A stretch of DNA of 64,000 nucleotides from Leucoraja erinacea (taxonomy: Eukaryota): the NCBI RefSeq assembly GCF_028641065.1, contig NC_073377.1, positions 73,532,001-73,596,000 of the forward strand, read 5' to 3'. A program made the translations under genes and the position numbers. Below the pieces are notes generated by a model, which saw only the letters and a program-made list of their open reading frames with translations, did no database searches and was not told the origin of the DNA. Position 1 is the stretch's first letter, and each line of letters starts with the position of its first letter. Shown piece after piece: positions 27,145-41,426 of this stretch.

Positions 27145-28165
27145 CCGTTTCTTGATCTCACCATCACCATCATAGGAGATACCGACTAACGACTGACATC
27201 TATTATAAACCAACTGACTCCCACAGCCATCTAGTCTACACTTCTTCCCAATGTGCCTCCTGCAATGACTCTTCTACTCCCAATTCCTCAGTCTATGCTG
27301 CATGTGCACCCAAGATAAGTGTTCTATACCAGGTCATATGTCCTCATTCTTTAGGGAACGGGGTTTCCCCTCTTCAATCACAGATGAGGCCCTCACAAGG
27401 ATCCCGCAGCTCCACTCTTGCTCCCCTTCCCCCCAGTCGCAATGGGAACAATTCCCCCTTGCCTCACCTTTCATCCCATCAGCCGTTGCATACAGTACAT
27501 AATCCTCTGGCAATTACGCCACCTACAATGGGATCCCACTACCAGCCACATCTTCCCATCTCCACCCCTTTCCACAGAGACCGTTCCCTCCGCAACTCCC
27601 TGGTTGACTAATCCCAACCCACCCAAACCGGCCGCCCCTAGGTACTTTCCCCTGCAACTGCAGGAGATGCAACACCTGTCCCTATACCTCCTCCCTCGAC
27701 TCCATCCAAGGACTCCGACAGTCCTTTTAGGGGAAGCAGATGTTCACTTGCAACCTCAACAACTGTATCCGCTGTTCCAGGTGACCAAGCGCAGGCTCGG
27801 CGATCGTTTCACTGAACACCTCCATTCAGTCCGCCTAGACCTACATGAACTCCCGGTCTAGCAAAACACAAACTTCCCCTCCCATTCTGACCTGGACCTC
27901 CCCCACTGTCAAGAGTGAGGTCCAACACAAATTTACACCCTATTGGTATGATAATTGATCTCTAACTTCAAGTAACCCGTGCTTTCTCTCCCTCTCTCTA
28001 TCCCTCCCCTATCCTAGTTCTCCGACTAGTTTGACTGTCCTCCTGATTACATTTTATCTTTGTCGGCCTTGTTGTCACCTTTCTCATTCTAACAATGATC
28101 TATTCTACATTTTCCTTGATCTTCGTCCCCTTTGATTTCGCATTTTCCACACGCTACCCTTCCAT
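27145..28165 (+). mobile_element. Penelope-like element 3' fragment
   Basis: SSFFRERGFPSSITDEALT, TKRRLGDRFTEHL motifs. Confidence 0.82.
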
Positions 28166-28169
28166 GTTT

Positions 28170-28720
28170 CGCATTTATTTTGAGAGGGCGTGTGTACAAA
28201 AACAGGGATGTAAAGCCAAGGTGCTGTAAAATGCTGGTCAGGCCGCATCTAGAATATTGAGATCAATTTTGGGCACCATATCCGAGGAAGGATGTGCTTG
28301 CCCTGGAGAGGGTCCAGAGGATGTTTACAAGAATGATCCCAGGAATGAGTTGGTTAACATATTATAAGGGTTTGACGGCACTGGGCCTGTACTCGCTGGA
28401 GTTTAGAAGAATGAGGGGATACCTTATTGAAACGTACAGAACAGTGAAAGGTTTGGATAGAGTGGATGTGGAGAGGATGTTTCCACTGGAGGGAGAGTCT
28501 AGGACTAGAGGTCATGGCCTCAGAATTAAAGGACGTTCTTTTAGGAAGGAGATGAGGAGGAATTTCTTTAGTCAGAGGGTGGTGAATCTGTGGAATTATT
28601 TGCCACAGAAGGCTGTGGAGGCCAAGCTAGTGGATATATTTAAGGCAGACGTAGATAAGATTCTTGATTTGTACGGGTGTCAGAGGGTATGGCGTGAAGG
28701 CAGGAGTGGGTTTGGGAGGG
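28170..28720 (+). mobile_element. CR1 LINE 3' fragment
   Basis: LERVQRMFTRMIPGM...RTRGHGLRIKG...RVVNLWNYLP. Confidence 0.88.
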
Positions 28721-29068
28721 AGAGATTCATGAAGTTCAAAATACTGCAGATGCTGAAAATCTGAAAACAAAATGCTGGAAACACTCAACAGGATCTGACA
28801 AAGGGTGTACAACCCAAGGCAATAACTCTATTTTTCTTTCCACAGATGCTGCCAAAACTGTCATGTATTCCAGTATTTTACGGTTTTGAAAAAGAATGGT
28901 CCTGCAATCATTAAAAATTAATCTGTTGCCGAATTATTATTTTTCATGATGCTGATAATGATACCATTCTTGAAATAATCTGGTAACAAAATAAAGTAGC
29001 TGGTATGTACTAAAATGAAAATAGAACAGCTCTCATTTTCTTTAAATAGTTTTCTATTCTGTTCTCAC

Positions 29069-29214
29069 CTTTCAATGTTGCATACACTTGTTCATCCGTC
29101 TCACCAAGGCCCAACATTATGGATGTTTTTGAAAGGAGTCCAGGTTTTACTTTCTTTGCACGTTTTAACACATTCAGCGATTGGTCGAAATTTGCCCGAG
29201 GATCTCGCACAGAC
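29069..29214 (-). CDS. LIAS: LIAS exon
   Basis: [48 protein letters not shown]; AG and gtgaga boundaries. Confidence 0.96.
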
Positions 29215-31265
29215 CTAAGGTGATAAATGGAACAGTGATCACAACCATCTAATAATCAAAAGCTTGAGATCATCTGATACCTCAGTATCCCTTTCTAACT
29301 CACATGCCCTCATCACTCCTGTGCTCATTGACCTGTAATGGCACTTGATCAAAATTTAGAATTATCGTCCTTGTTTTTGATTAGCTTGGCTCTTCCAGCT
29401 CAGTAATTACCCACAGACTCATTGGAGACCCCAATTCCAGATGGATTTAATTGTTTAAACACTGCTGAGGATGGGGGTGCACAAGTGATGCTTCAGCCCA
29501 CAGTTCCAAAATTCTCCTCCAAAACCCCCTCTCTCTTTCCATCCTAAAGACACTCCTTTACTGCTTTGATCAAGCTTCCATTCATCAGCCTTAATATCCT
29601 TTATATGCTTTGGTATCATGTAAGCACACTGAATGTTTTAAGTTTCCTTTAAAGGAAGCAGATATCATTGGCAATAGTGGTCAACAGCATCCATAATATT
29701 CTAGCTGTGATGTGTGAACAAGAGGTTACTGAATCAATGAAAGGAGTTGGCAATTCATAAGGTCACAAGTAATAGGAGCAGAATTAGGCCATTCAGCCCA
29801 TCGAGCCGATTTACCATTCAATCATGACTGATCTATCTCTCCCTCCAAACCCCATTCTCCTGCCTTCTCCACAAATTTCCTGACCATCGAGGAGATTTTT
29901 CTTCTTGCAAATTCTTTGGAATACTCTAACTAAGGAATGTGAAAGCTCAGTTGCGCGGCATCAAGACAGTGACTGATTTTTGGAAGGGAATCATGGAAGG
30001 TATTACCAAAACACGGAGCAGGCACAAGAGGCCAGGTCCTGTTTCTATTCCTAATGTTCATTTGTAAGTATATTTTCATAATGCCATAAACTCCCACGGA
30101 CTGACCAAGGCACCACAAACCTGAAGGTTCACTTTTGGATTACAATCTCAATGTGCTAAAGGTGAGTATTCCACAAGCTTTTTTGTATCTGTGTGATGCT
30201 TTGTACTAAAACAACTTTTCTTTGCTCTTCTACAGTCCCTGGTCCATACACGGAACGGTTACCCAATATCATACTCCATTGTGCCTGCTTCAACCTCCTC
30301 TGTCAGCTTGTTCCATTTACCTAGCACCCTCCGTTTGAAAAAACTGCCCCTCAAGTTCCTATTAATTTTTCCCCTCTCTAGTTCTTGATTCCTCTACTCT
30401 TGTAAAAAGATTCTGTGCATTCACCTTATCTATTCCCCTCATGATTTTATACACTTCTACAAGATCACCCCTCGACTTCCTGCGCTCCAAGGAATAAAGT
30501 CCTAGCCTGCCCAACCTCTCCCTACAGAACATCCGTGCAAATCTTCACTGAACTCTTTTCAGTTTAAATGACATCCTTCCTACAGTAGGGTGGCAAAAAC
30601 TAAACATACTATTCCAAGTGCCGCCAGTTTTCCTGAGACGGCTGTACCGTTATTCTGTCTGATCACAGTTTCTCCCCATTTTACAGCAGTCAGCATACAT
30701 GGCACATTTCAACTTTAATTAATACTGTTAAAATGTAAATGCAACATTGAAGAGTGATTATTTAAAGCATCTAATATCACAGCTGCCATGTAGATTCCTC
30801 ATGTTTCCTTTTTTTTTTTTAAATCATAAATTATGAAATATTTTAATAAAATAAAGAACCCAATGGGTCAATTAGAAAATGTGGTCAAGGAAAAGATCAG
30901 AAATAATTTTGCATTTGAAATTAGCAAGTGTTTCAAATGATATCCTATTTTGCTGGGCGAATTAAATAAAATTAATTAAATCAAATTCTTCTTAGGTTGA
31001 TTATGAAATTGCATAAAAACACTATTAATTTGCAATAAAAGTAGCAATTATGTATTTCCCACTGCCGTTAACCTGCTGCAGGAAATCAATAAACGTAAAC
31101 ATCAAACCCCGAAGGATAGGTAATGAGAAGTTGCTAAGTTTAATATGCTAATTTGTTTTTCGCCTTAAGTTCGCATTGCTGTAAACAGACACAGAGGGTA
31201 AAGGGGGGGGGGCGCTGTGTGGTATAGTAGAACAGTTTGATTAAATAATACTCCATAAATCATAC

Positions 31266-31394
31266 CTCTGCAATTCCCTGACAGTCTCCACATTGTGCGC
31301 ATATACATCAAGTCCTGAGACTGCCACTGTTTCAACAGCATTTAGATCACCTCTGAAGTCGGGGGTCAGGCATTCCACTATGATTTTGGAATGT
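31266..31394 (-). CDS. LIAS: LIAS exon
   Basis: [43 protein letters not shown]; cag and gtatga boundaries. Confidence 0.96.
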
Positions 31395-31783
31395 CTGCAG
31401 AAACATAGGCAACATGACTTCACATGGATGAATCATAAATTACAGCAATGAATACCTATAATGGATAATCTAGTTACAACAAATTAGCATTAATACTGAA
31501 AAATTACATGTTAATTGATATTTAGGTTACACTATTAATAAAAGCATTGGCACAAGCTTTTTGTTTTGGAATTGTGAGCCAATTTACCAGATTTGAAAAT
31601 GAATCATGACTGCAAAGGCCTACTGTTAGAGACAACTGCAGAAGATCCTTGACTTCCCGATAAAGACTTTGCCAAAACTGAACGAGTTTGACTATACTTA
31701 TTACTTAGCCATAAAAGCATCTGGATAAAGGAAGTCATCTTACAGAGTTAAAAAAAACTTACAAGTAAATGAAACAGTTTCAC

Positions 31784-31841
31784 CTTTCTTTTAACTGTGA
31801 GACGGTAGCTGCAAAATGTTTTGCTCCACCATCTGGAAGAT
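31784..31841 (-). CDS. LIAS: LIAS exon
   Basis: DLPDGGAKHFAATVSQLKER; cag and gtgaaa boundaries, phases fit neighbours. Confidence 0.94.
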
Positions 31842-33437
31842 CTGTGGAAAAGCAGCAGGACACATAACAAAATGTGTATCCGGCACCATAACCTGACTTA
31901 GTGCAATAACATATACATTTAGTTTAGCAGTGCATCAAATAAAAAGCCACTCTAAAATTCACCAGTTTTTGTCCAGCATGTCAACAGAACAATGAGGAAA
32001 CACCTTGTTCACATATCCTCTGTGACAACCACCTTTGGGCATATCTCCATTTATATACATGCATATTTTTATAAACACAAATAGTTGAGCTTTCAAAAAT
32101 TCTTTATCAAGCAGTATTTCAATCAATTCATGTTAATGTTCTTAACAAGTTACACACTCACTATGGCCATGTGAGTATAGGATAACTCACTTGCTGGTAA
32201 TGTGGGAAACATGTGGATGAAGAACAAAACCGACAATAACCTGAAAAGATCAAAGGTGTCTTCAATATTTATCCAGTGTAAAATCAGCAGTGCTGGGATT
32301 TTCCAGGGTATAGAGCATTGACTGGTTTGAATGCGAGACTAAAGCAACTGCACAGGATAAACATATCAAGAATTGGCTCAGGGTGAGCTAATTGGCTCTA
32401 TCTTATGTTTCGTTTCAGCGTTCTGAGAATTTATGATGTCTCCATTTTGGCTGCTTATGTTACCTTTTGCCCAGGTTCTAACTGGATATCTAATTCCACA
32501 CCATGGCATTTGGACTACTGGTGGTATCACATAAAATAGCCCTAGAAAGTATCACTTTTTTTGCGCAATAAAATCAAAATAAAAGCAAAAACTAAACGTT
32601 TTAACGATTGAGGGGGGAATCAAAGAAACTTATTAAAATGAAGCATGTAATTGATAAAATTCTTTATTATCTCTTGCCAAATAATATTAACTGTACTCTT
32701 GTTGCTATATTTGGATTGTTGTTCCTAAACATTGAGACGTTCTTTGGCTTAGCAAAAGGAATAAAGTAGCATCTGGTGAAAAATCACAGTTTTAGTTTCA
32801 GTCTTGTGTAGTGTCACCAGAAGTATTGTCCAACCTTAGCTTCTCTGGAGAAAGTGCTTGGCCCATCGTAAATTATTCAGTTTGCGGTGATGATATCTCC
32901 CATGGTTAATTAAGGAGGTTGAGATAATTGTCCTGGCAATAATGAGAAACATGTTGTGTGGGCTGGGGAAGGGTGATTTAGAGGGAGGGTTTGAGGCTGG
33001 TGATGGTTGGAATGGGAACTTGGATGCAATGGTGTATCAGAGGGCTTAGTGAAGAAATGATAAAAGGTTGCATGATGCTTCTTGCAGCCATTGTACACTG
33101 CTATACGCTTCTTGCAGCCACTGTACACTGGAGTTGGACCATAGAGATAGAGAGAACATGGACAGTGATATGAAAGAAGAACCATGACAAAGGTTGATGA
33201 AAGACAAAACTACGACTTCAATCGAAAATTAAAACATGGATTCATTACTTCTTCCAAAGTTTCAAAAATATAAATCTTTGTTGGGTTCAGTAGAGATTTC
33301 CCTGCCCCGCCCTCAATTTAATATCTGTAATAACATGGTATTATTGTGTAGAATAACAGCAAACCAATATCCATTCCAAATTCATCACAATTATAAAAAC
33401 AAGTAAACAATGAACTATCAATTTTGAGGCAACTCAC

Positions 33438-33594
33438 CATCTCTGTCCACGGACGTCAGCACAACATAGTCAAGGCCCCACTCTGCTATTGCATTTGCTG
33501 TGTTGATGGGCTCATCGGGATCCAAGGGTGGAGGCTTTCGACTGGTTTTTACTGAACAGAACCTGCAGCCCCGTGTGCAGGTGTCACCCATTAA
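33438..33594 (-). CDS. LIAS: LIAS exon with radical-SAM CxxxCxxC
   Basis: [52 protein letters not shown]. Confidence 0.97.
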
Positions 33595-33940
33595 CTATCA
33601 AGGGGAATCAGCATACAGAAAGTGGTAACATGCAACTTTCATTTTATTTATCAAAGTGGACGCTTCAAAGCTTTGAATTGCATCACAAATAAAGTATCAT
33701 AAGTATATGTAATCACAAATCCCTATTTACTCTGACAAACCAACACATTTTATGAACTCAGAAAATATTTTTAAAGACATAAATTCAGTATATAGCCTCA
33801 AGTTAAACACAAGAATAAATCAACACCAGTTTCCTATTATTTAGTATGGCAACATCATAAGACTATAAAACTTAAACAGGATATCATTTAATCTCTACTG
33901 ATGGTTAAAGAGGTAAGTGCAATAATATCCAATCTGTTTA

Positions 33941-34382
33941 AGGGCCTGTCCCACGGGCATGCGACTCCATGCGGCAAGCGCGACCTAAAGGGCCGGTCCC
34001 ACCAGCATGTGACTGCATGCGGCAAGCACGACCTAACCAGAAGCGGGGGCCTCGCGGAGGTCGAGTGAGTGACATGAAATGCGAGCGAAGTCCGCGGGAA
34101 GTTCGCGCGTGACGTACAGCGTTGAGGCATCTGCGGGCCGGCAGGCCGTTGCCGCACGGAATTTTTGAACATGGTCAGTTTTTCAGAGCCCCGCGCGATG
34201 TCGGGACCAGCTCCCCACAACTCCATATGGCTCCGGCGATCGAAGTGGGACCGGCCCCGCGAGGCCGTATGGCTCAAGCGACCACGTTAGGTAGTGCTTG
34301 CCGCATGCAGGCGCATGTTGGTGGGACCGGCCCTTGTGGTCGCGCTTGCCGCATGGAGTCGCATGCCCGTGGAACAGGCCCT
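33941..34382. mobile_element. PIF/Harbinger-type MITE with TTA target duplication
   Basis: TIRs AGGGCCTGTCCCACGGGCATGCGACTCCATGCGGCAAGCGCGACC and its near-perfect complement; TTA at 33938-33940 and 34383-34385. Confidence 0.85.
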
Positions 34383-36159
34383 TTAGTCATCGTATTCATG
34401 GGGAGGCTTGGAGTACGGTAGAATCACCACAGAAGGAAATAAACTAGCCACTAAGTCCCACTAAAGTGTATTTGATATATGGGGATCTTGGAGGATCAGA
34501 TTCAGCTATGTTACTATCATATACTTAGAATAAAGGGGAAGCCATTTAAGACTGAGGTGAGAAAAAACTTTTTCACCCAGAGAGCTGTGAATTTGTGGAA
34601 TTCCCTGCCACAGAGGGCAGTGTAGGCCAAGTCACTGGATGGATTTAAGAGAGAGTTAGATAGAGCTCTAGGGGCTAGTGGAATCAAGGGATATGGAGAG
34701 AAGGCAGGCACGGGTTATTGATTGGGGACGATCAGCCATGATCACAATGAATGGCGGTGCTGGCTCGGAGGGCCGAATGGCCTCCTCCTGCACCTATTTT
34801 CTATGTCTATCATACTCAAAAACATCTTATTACATTGGAGTCATATGGATGAGGCAAATGAAGTGTTCAATACAAAACTATTAGCTACCACTGAGGAGGT
34901 ACGATTATATTCAGGGGCGACACAGTGGTGCAGCGGTAGTTGCAACCTTACAGCGCCAGAGACCCGGGCCGATCCCGACTACGGGTGCTATCTGTATGGA
35001 GTTTGTACGTTCTACCTGTGACCGTGTAGGTTTTCTCCAGGTGCTCCGGTTTCCTCACACACTCCAAAGACGTACAGTTTTGTAGGTTAGACATAAAACG
35101 CTAGAGTATCTTAGCGGGTCAGACAACATCTCTGGAGAAAAGGTATAGGTAACATTTTGGGTCAACACCCTTCTAGTGTGTAGGATAGTATTAGTGTATA
35201 GGGTGATCATTGGTCGGCGTGGATCCAGTGGCCCGATGGGTCTGTTTATCTCTAAAACTATATATTAACGGAGGGCCCAGCATGAAAAGAGTACAAGATA
35301 AAAACTTTGCAATATAAATCTTTTAAGAACTTTTAACAGTAGGAAACCTCTATACAGAAACTTCAAACTAAAGGCCAGTGCTCATTGAAATTTGCACTCA
35401 AGGCCGTTTTATGCTTATTTAAAGAGAATGGAGAGACCATTCTCAGTGTTTGTCTAAGCTATTAACATAATGTTTGTCTAAAATTCCGGAATGCCTGTAT
35501 CACTATTTGCTTAAATCATGTTTGTATTCCCATCTGAAGCAATGTATTCAATGATGAGGAAGAGATATTTCAGCAGGCAAATCTGGAATGGTGGAGTAGA
35601 AGACCCCAAACTAAGTGGGCCTAGAAATTGCTTTTCTACACTTTAACAGTATTAAAACAACATTGTGCATCCTAACGTTGCTTTGACATCTCATAACATT
35701 AACTAAAGCATTGTGTTGTCAAATTTCATAACCCCAGTTGTCAGTTTCAGCATGCACTGCTCTACCAATAATCTGCAACTCACCATCAAGTGTGAAATCT
35801 TGATATCAAGCTTTTAAGAGAATATACAAACATTACAAACAGAACTCCATCAGCTACTGGAGAGTGCTTCTACTTAAAGAATGAATGTTGTTCATTCTCA
35901 GATAAGCATATCATTTAAGGAATGGAAGAAAATCGACTGTGCAGGCAGATGGGACTAGTTTAATTTGGCATCATAGTCGGCGGAAATCATGAGCTAAAGG
36001 ACCTGTTCATGTGCTGTTCAAGATTCCAAAAAGGTGCCTTGATAGAGAACAGTGATGGATCTCACTGGAAAGGTTTGGAAATAAGAGAAGGGGAAACAAT
36101 AATTCAACTTTATTTAGCAATCACAAGATTTCCTTTAATGACAAATGAATGCATCTCAC

Positions 36160-36237
36160 CATTATAGTGGCTGTGGCTGTGCCTTTTTCTCCTCCCCAGC
36201 ATTCTCCAATATTTGGACATCTTGCCTCTTCACATAC
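36160..36237 (-). CDS. LIAS: LIAS exon with auxiliary-cluster Cx4Cx5C
   Basis: [26 protein letters not shown]; tag and gtgaga boundaries. Confidence 0.96.
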
Positions 36238-37409
36238 CTAAAAGCAGGAAATAACATGGACAATATGCACAGGTAAATAATCACCCACTAAGGAACTACA
36301 AACTCAAATTGCTCAGGTTTGTATCAAAACCTGAAATAATTTTGAAACTGAATGCCAGTTAATCACTTAGTCCCAAAACTGGGTCAGTGATAATATATCT
36401 ATAAACAAGAGGGACAATTATCCAAATGAATCATTCCACCTTCTAATCCCCCATCCAAATTGATGAAAAGCAGTATTAGCACATCTTTGATGATTATGTG
36501 TTCAAGGTTCAAGGTAACATTATAAATTGGACAAGAACACATCAAAATTCAATGTTTGCAAGTGGTTGAGGCAATCAGAAGTCATTTGGTAGGTATATAC
36601 TGATAGGGGTGAAAACAATTGGGCGGGAATAGTTCCAATGGATAAACTGCTATTTGCATAGAACATTAAAGAAGTTGAAGGACACGCTGGTACAGCTTGG
36701 TTCTATTAACTAAGAAAGAAACTGGGCACATTGTTGGAGAAGAGAAAACCGTATTCTGTGGCGAAAGATCCATTATTTTATAAAACTCCTGTACTTCATT
36801 TTGTAAATAATGGTGCTCTTGATTTATATATGCAAGACGCCACAGGTTCTAGAAAACCTGACATGGAAATATAACTTTAAAATTTATGAAACTATTTGAG
36901 TAAAGAATTTTTTAATATAGGAAAGTTAGTTATAGAAGTACAAACTTGTTATATAATGTATTATCAACCGGAGTTGTTCCATGGTTTAATTATGGGCAGT
37001 GTTAGGGTGAACATAGATAATTGATCGTTTGCTCGTGTGTCAGACGACATATAGCTCGCTGTGGCTTCTATCGTTGTCCAATATGTTGACAGAATTGGTC
37101 ACCCGTCGTCTGGTCGTTTCCGGGGATCGCCACGAGGAGGCTTCTGTCATGATCCACAGTCCATTGATGAAACAAAATTATAGAAAATGTATTCATGTGG
37201 GTAGCTACTTAAAATACAGAGCAGCGCTGAGAAAAAACAAAGTTGTGTATCAGGAGGCTCAACTATTTCAGGCAAATGTTGGGGAAAATATTTTGTTTCT
37301 CACTCGCGAAAAAATCAGTTCAACCACATCTCTCAGGAATGGAACCCTTATGTAATTCCGGGGGTGCCTGTACAAGATACATCAACACAGCCTCTAGGCA
37401 AATACTTAC

Positions 37410-37503
37410 AGTGTTCAGATTCAAATTCCGAAGAGTATTTTTCAATTTATTATAATTTTTCCCAAGAGGAATCTCTGTCTTTAACCATGGAGGCAATCTT
37501 AAT
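37410..37503 (-). CDS. LIAS: LIAS exon
   Basis: [31 protein letters not shown]; tag and gtaagt boundaries. Confidence 0.96.
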
Positions 37504-38979
37504 CTAGAAATTCGAATAAAAATACAAATTACATCATTTTACAGCTCTTGAAGATAGCGGAGTCAGGGGATATGGGGAGAAGGCAGGAACAGGGTACTGA
37601 TTGTGGATGATCAGCCATGATCACAGTGAATGGCGGTACTGGCTTGAGGGGCCGAATGGCCTACTCCTGCACTTATTGTCTATTTCAATAGTTATTTTTC
37701 TTTGAAAATTAGCTCTGCACTGTGCTGCAGAATCCGACACAGGTTCATTAGTAACTTGCAATGACGGTTCAGAGGTCTACAATGAGGATGAAAATATCAA
37801 AGGCAAGCTCCAGTGCAGTCAATGCAAGGCAACAGGCTTTCAAATGCATCTTGCATTCTCTTCTATCCACTACTGGTCACACAAACTTCTCTTCCACTTG
37901 ACACCAAGAAACGGCTGAGTACTCTGGATACAGTGGAGGCTCTAGGACCAGACAACATACCAAAGGTTTCTGGTTCAAAACCGATTGTGCTCTAGCCTGG
38001 CTGTTCCTGCCTGGTTCAAATATTGACATCTACCCAATGTGGAATATTGTCCACTTTGTCCTGTTTATAGCAAATAGGAAAAATCCAGCTCAGCTAGTTA
38101 TTCCTGTACATTGAATTCAATTTTTCTAGGCTTCCATGATCTGTTTGCCAAATGCTACCTTGATATCAATTTCAGATATGCCTGCCTCACCTCTGGAGTT
38201 CTTTTTGATTCATATTTGGTTCAAGGTTATGATGAGGTCTGAGGTTTTTGGTTTTGCTGGCAAACTGATTATTTGTGAGCAGGTTCCCTCCACTCCTGTT
38301 AATTCTATTTCTAAAAGATTGGCACAGGCAATGGCTAGGATTTTACAAATACACACACACACACACAAACAAGCTTCCTATGGTTTTTTGTTCTAAGCAT
38401 GTGTTGATTGGAAGTACACTTGCACATGACATCATTCACAGAGCAACTGAGAGTGTTTTTTAAGAGGGCAAGGAACTGTGTCTTTCATTAAGCAATGAAA
38501 CAGAAGAATTCTTAATGAGCAAAGCAATACAAACAACTAAGTTGGAAAAGTTAATTCAATGCCATAATTAAGTACTGAAAGCCAAAGAGAGAATACACAG
38601 AGAGAAAAAAAATGTTTTTAAAGGTATTTTTAAATCACTAACAATTAAAATTTGAGGAAATAACATTCTATATATTTAAACATAACTGCTAACTGCCAGA
38701 GAGTGCTGGCAGCAATAAGACATCAAACCATTAAATTTAATACAAGGTGAGACAAATCCTAGCATTTTTATTCTGGCAAGTTGAGTGCCATTTTGATTGA
38801 GAAATAGAGTAATTTCACATTTGTAGAAACAAGAACTGCAGATGCTGGTTTATGCCAAAGATAGACACAAAGTGCTAGACTAACTCAACATAATGGATGT
38901 TGCATGAACCACTCCGTATATCTCCATAGCTCCCTCCCTTTGTTTGTGTTTTTATTTAAATTGATGGTTAGATTTGTAC

Positions 38980-39152
38980 CTTTCTCCCTTTGGGCGTTTC
39001 AGAGTGCCTTTGTATTCTTCCCATGTTTTCTTGTCCGATAATTCACCGGATATAAATTCCCGCAGATCAGGACCCTCTTCTAGAAGTTGTTTCTTTTTGT
39101 CTGGCAGTGTACTGAAAGTCTTTAGCTGACTGCAGAGAAGGCGAGCATAAAC
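38980..39152 (-). CDS. LIAS: LIAS second coding exon
   Basis: [58 protein letters not shown]; ttttag and gtacaa boundaries. Confidence 0.94.
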
Positions 39153-39436
39153 CTAAAATATTTTGCACATCAAGGTAAAGATCACATTGATAAAGACTTA
39201 AAAGATTGATAAAATGCAAGGAACATGACAATAGTGCACCAAGTTCAATTTATTTTACGCAACATACATTAATACAGAATACCATCAACAGGTCCTGTAA
39301 TCTTGATGAGGTTGAGATCAGCCGCCCTAGTGTTGGGGGAGGGGGGAGAGGGGGGGATTTCAAGTGGACTATCATAATTTTGTCCAGATTAAATGAGGAA
39401 CCAGACCACCATTTGCCGGAAATGAATGATGGACCT

Positions 39437-41263
39437 AGAAACATAGAAAACATAGAAATTAGGTGCAGGAGTAGGCCATTCGGCCCTTCGAGCCTGCACC
39501 GCCATTCAATATGATCATGGCTGATCATCCAACTCAGTATCCCGTACCTGCCTTCTCTCCATACCCCCTGATCCCCTTAGCCACATCTAACTCCCTCTTA
39601 AATATAGCCAATGAACTGGCCTCAACTTCCCTCTGTGGCAGAGAGTTCCAGAGATTCACCACTCTCTGTGTGAAAAAAGTTCTTCTCATCTCGGTTTTAA
39701 AGGATTTCCCCCTTATCCTTAAGCTGTGACCCCTTGTCCTGGACTTCCCTAACATCGGGAACAATCTTCCTGCATCTAGCCTGTCCAACCCGTTAAGAAT
39801 TTTGTAAGTTTCTATAAGCTCCCCCCTCAATCTTCTAAATTCTAGCGAGTACAAGCCGAGTCTATCCAGTCTTTCTTCATAAGACAGTCCTGACATCCCA
39901 GGAATCAGTCTGGTGAACCTTCTCTGCACTCCCTCTATGGCAATAATGTCCTTCCTCAGATTTGGAGACCAAAACTGTACACAATACTCCAGGTGTGGTC
40001 TCACCAAGACCCTGTACAACTGCAGTAGAACCTCCCTGCTCCTATACTCAAATCCTTTTGCAATGAAAGCTAACATACCATTCGCTTTCTTTACTGCCTG
40101 CTGCACCTGCATGCCTACCTTCAATGACTGGTGTACCATGACACCCATGTCTCGCTGCATCTCCCCCTTTCCCAATCGGCCGTCACTCTTGACTCTTGAC
40201 TCTCTTGACTCTTGATTTAGATAATAGTCTGCTTTCACGTTTTTGCCACCAAAATGGATAACCTCACATTTATCCACATTATACTGCATCTGCCAAACAT
40301 TTGCCCACTCACCCAGCCTATCCAAGTCACCTTGCAGTCTCCTAGCATCCTCCTCACAGCTAACACTGACCCCCAGCTTGGTGTCATCCGCAAACTTGGA
40401 GATATTGCCTTCAATTCCCTCATCCAGATCATTAATATATATTGTAAATAGCTGGGGTCCCACCACTGAGCCTTGCGGTACCCCACTAGTCACTGCCTGC
40501 CATTGTGAAAATGACCCGTTTACTCCTACTCTTTGCTTCCTGTTTGCCAGCCAGTTCTCTATCCACATCAATACTGAACCCCCAATGCCTTGTGCTTTAA
40601 GTTTGTATACTAATCTCTTATGTGGGTCCTTGTCGAAAGCCTTCTGGAAGTCCAGATACACCACATCCACTGGTACTCCCCTATCCACGCTACTAGTTAC
40701 ATCCTCGAAAAATTCTATAAGATTCGTCAGACGTGATTTACCTTTCGTAAATCCATGCTGACTTTGTCCAATGATTTCCCCACTTTCCAAATGTGCTGCT
40801 ATCCCATCTTTAATAACTGACTCTAGCAGTTTCCCCACTACCGATGTTAGACTAACTGGTCTGTAATTCCCCATTTTCTCTCTCCCTCCCTTCTTAAAAA
40901 GTGGGGTTACATTTGCTACCCGCCAATCTTCAGGAACTACTCCAGAATCTAAAGAGTTTTGAAAGATTATTACTAATGCATCCACTATTTCTGGAGCTAC
41001 TTCCTTAAGTACTCTGGGATGCAGCCTATCTGGCCCTGGGGATTTATCGGCCTTTAATCCATTCAATTTACCCAACACCACTTCCCAGCTAACCTGGATT
41101 TCACTCAATTCCTCCAACTCCTTTGACCCGCGGTCCCCTGCTATTTTCGGAAAATTATTTATGTCTTCCTTAGTGAAGACGGAACCAAAGTAGTTATTCA
41201 ATTGGTCCGCCATATCCTTGTTCCCCATGATCAACTCGTCTGTTTCTGACTGCAAGGGACCTG
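39437..41263 (-). mobile_element. Young CR1 LINE, 5'-truncated, with RT still open (581-aa ORF 39534-41279)
   Basis: uninterrupted GNYRPVSLTS, YLDFQKAFD, GVPQGS and FADDTKLG; no endonuclease domain; (TTTCTATG)n tail. Confidence 0.93.
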
Positions 41264-41426
41264 TACTACCATTACCCACATAATATGAAACAACTCAAAA
41301 GTGTTACGTCCAACCCAGTCTATCATGGAGTCAATCTAATCCATTATATTTTCTGAGAAAAGGCCCAATGACGGCCTTCCCTGTTCATCTGGCAGAAACT
41401 AGCTTGAACGAACATTCCAGTCATCA

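Noticed and set aside
39534-41279. 581-aa ORF as a host gene or autonomous element
   Set aside because: 5'-truncated CR1 ORF2 lacking endonuclease and ORF1; the start comes from flanking sequence
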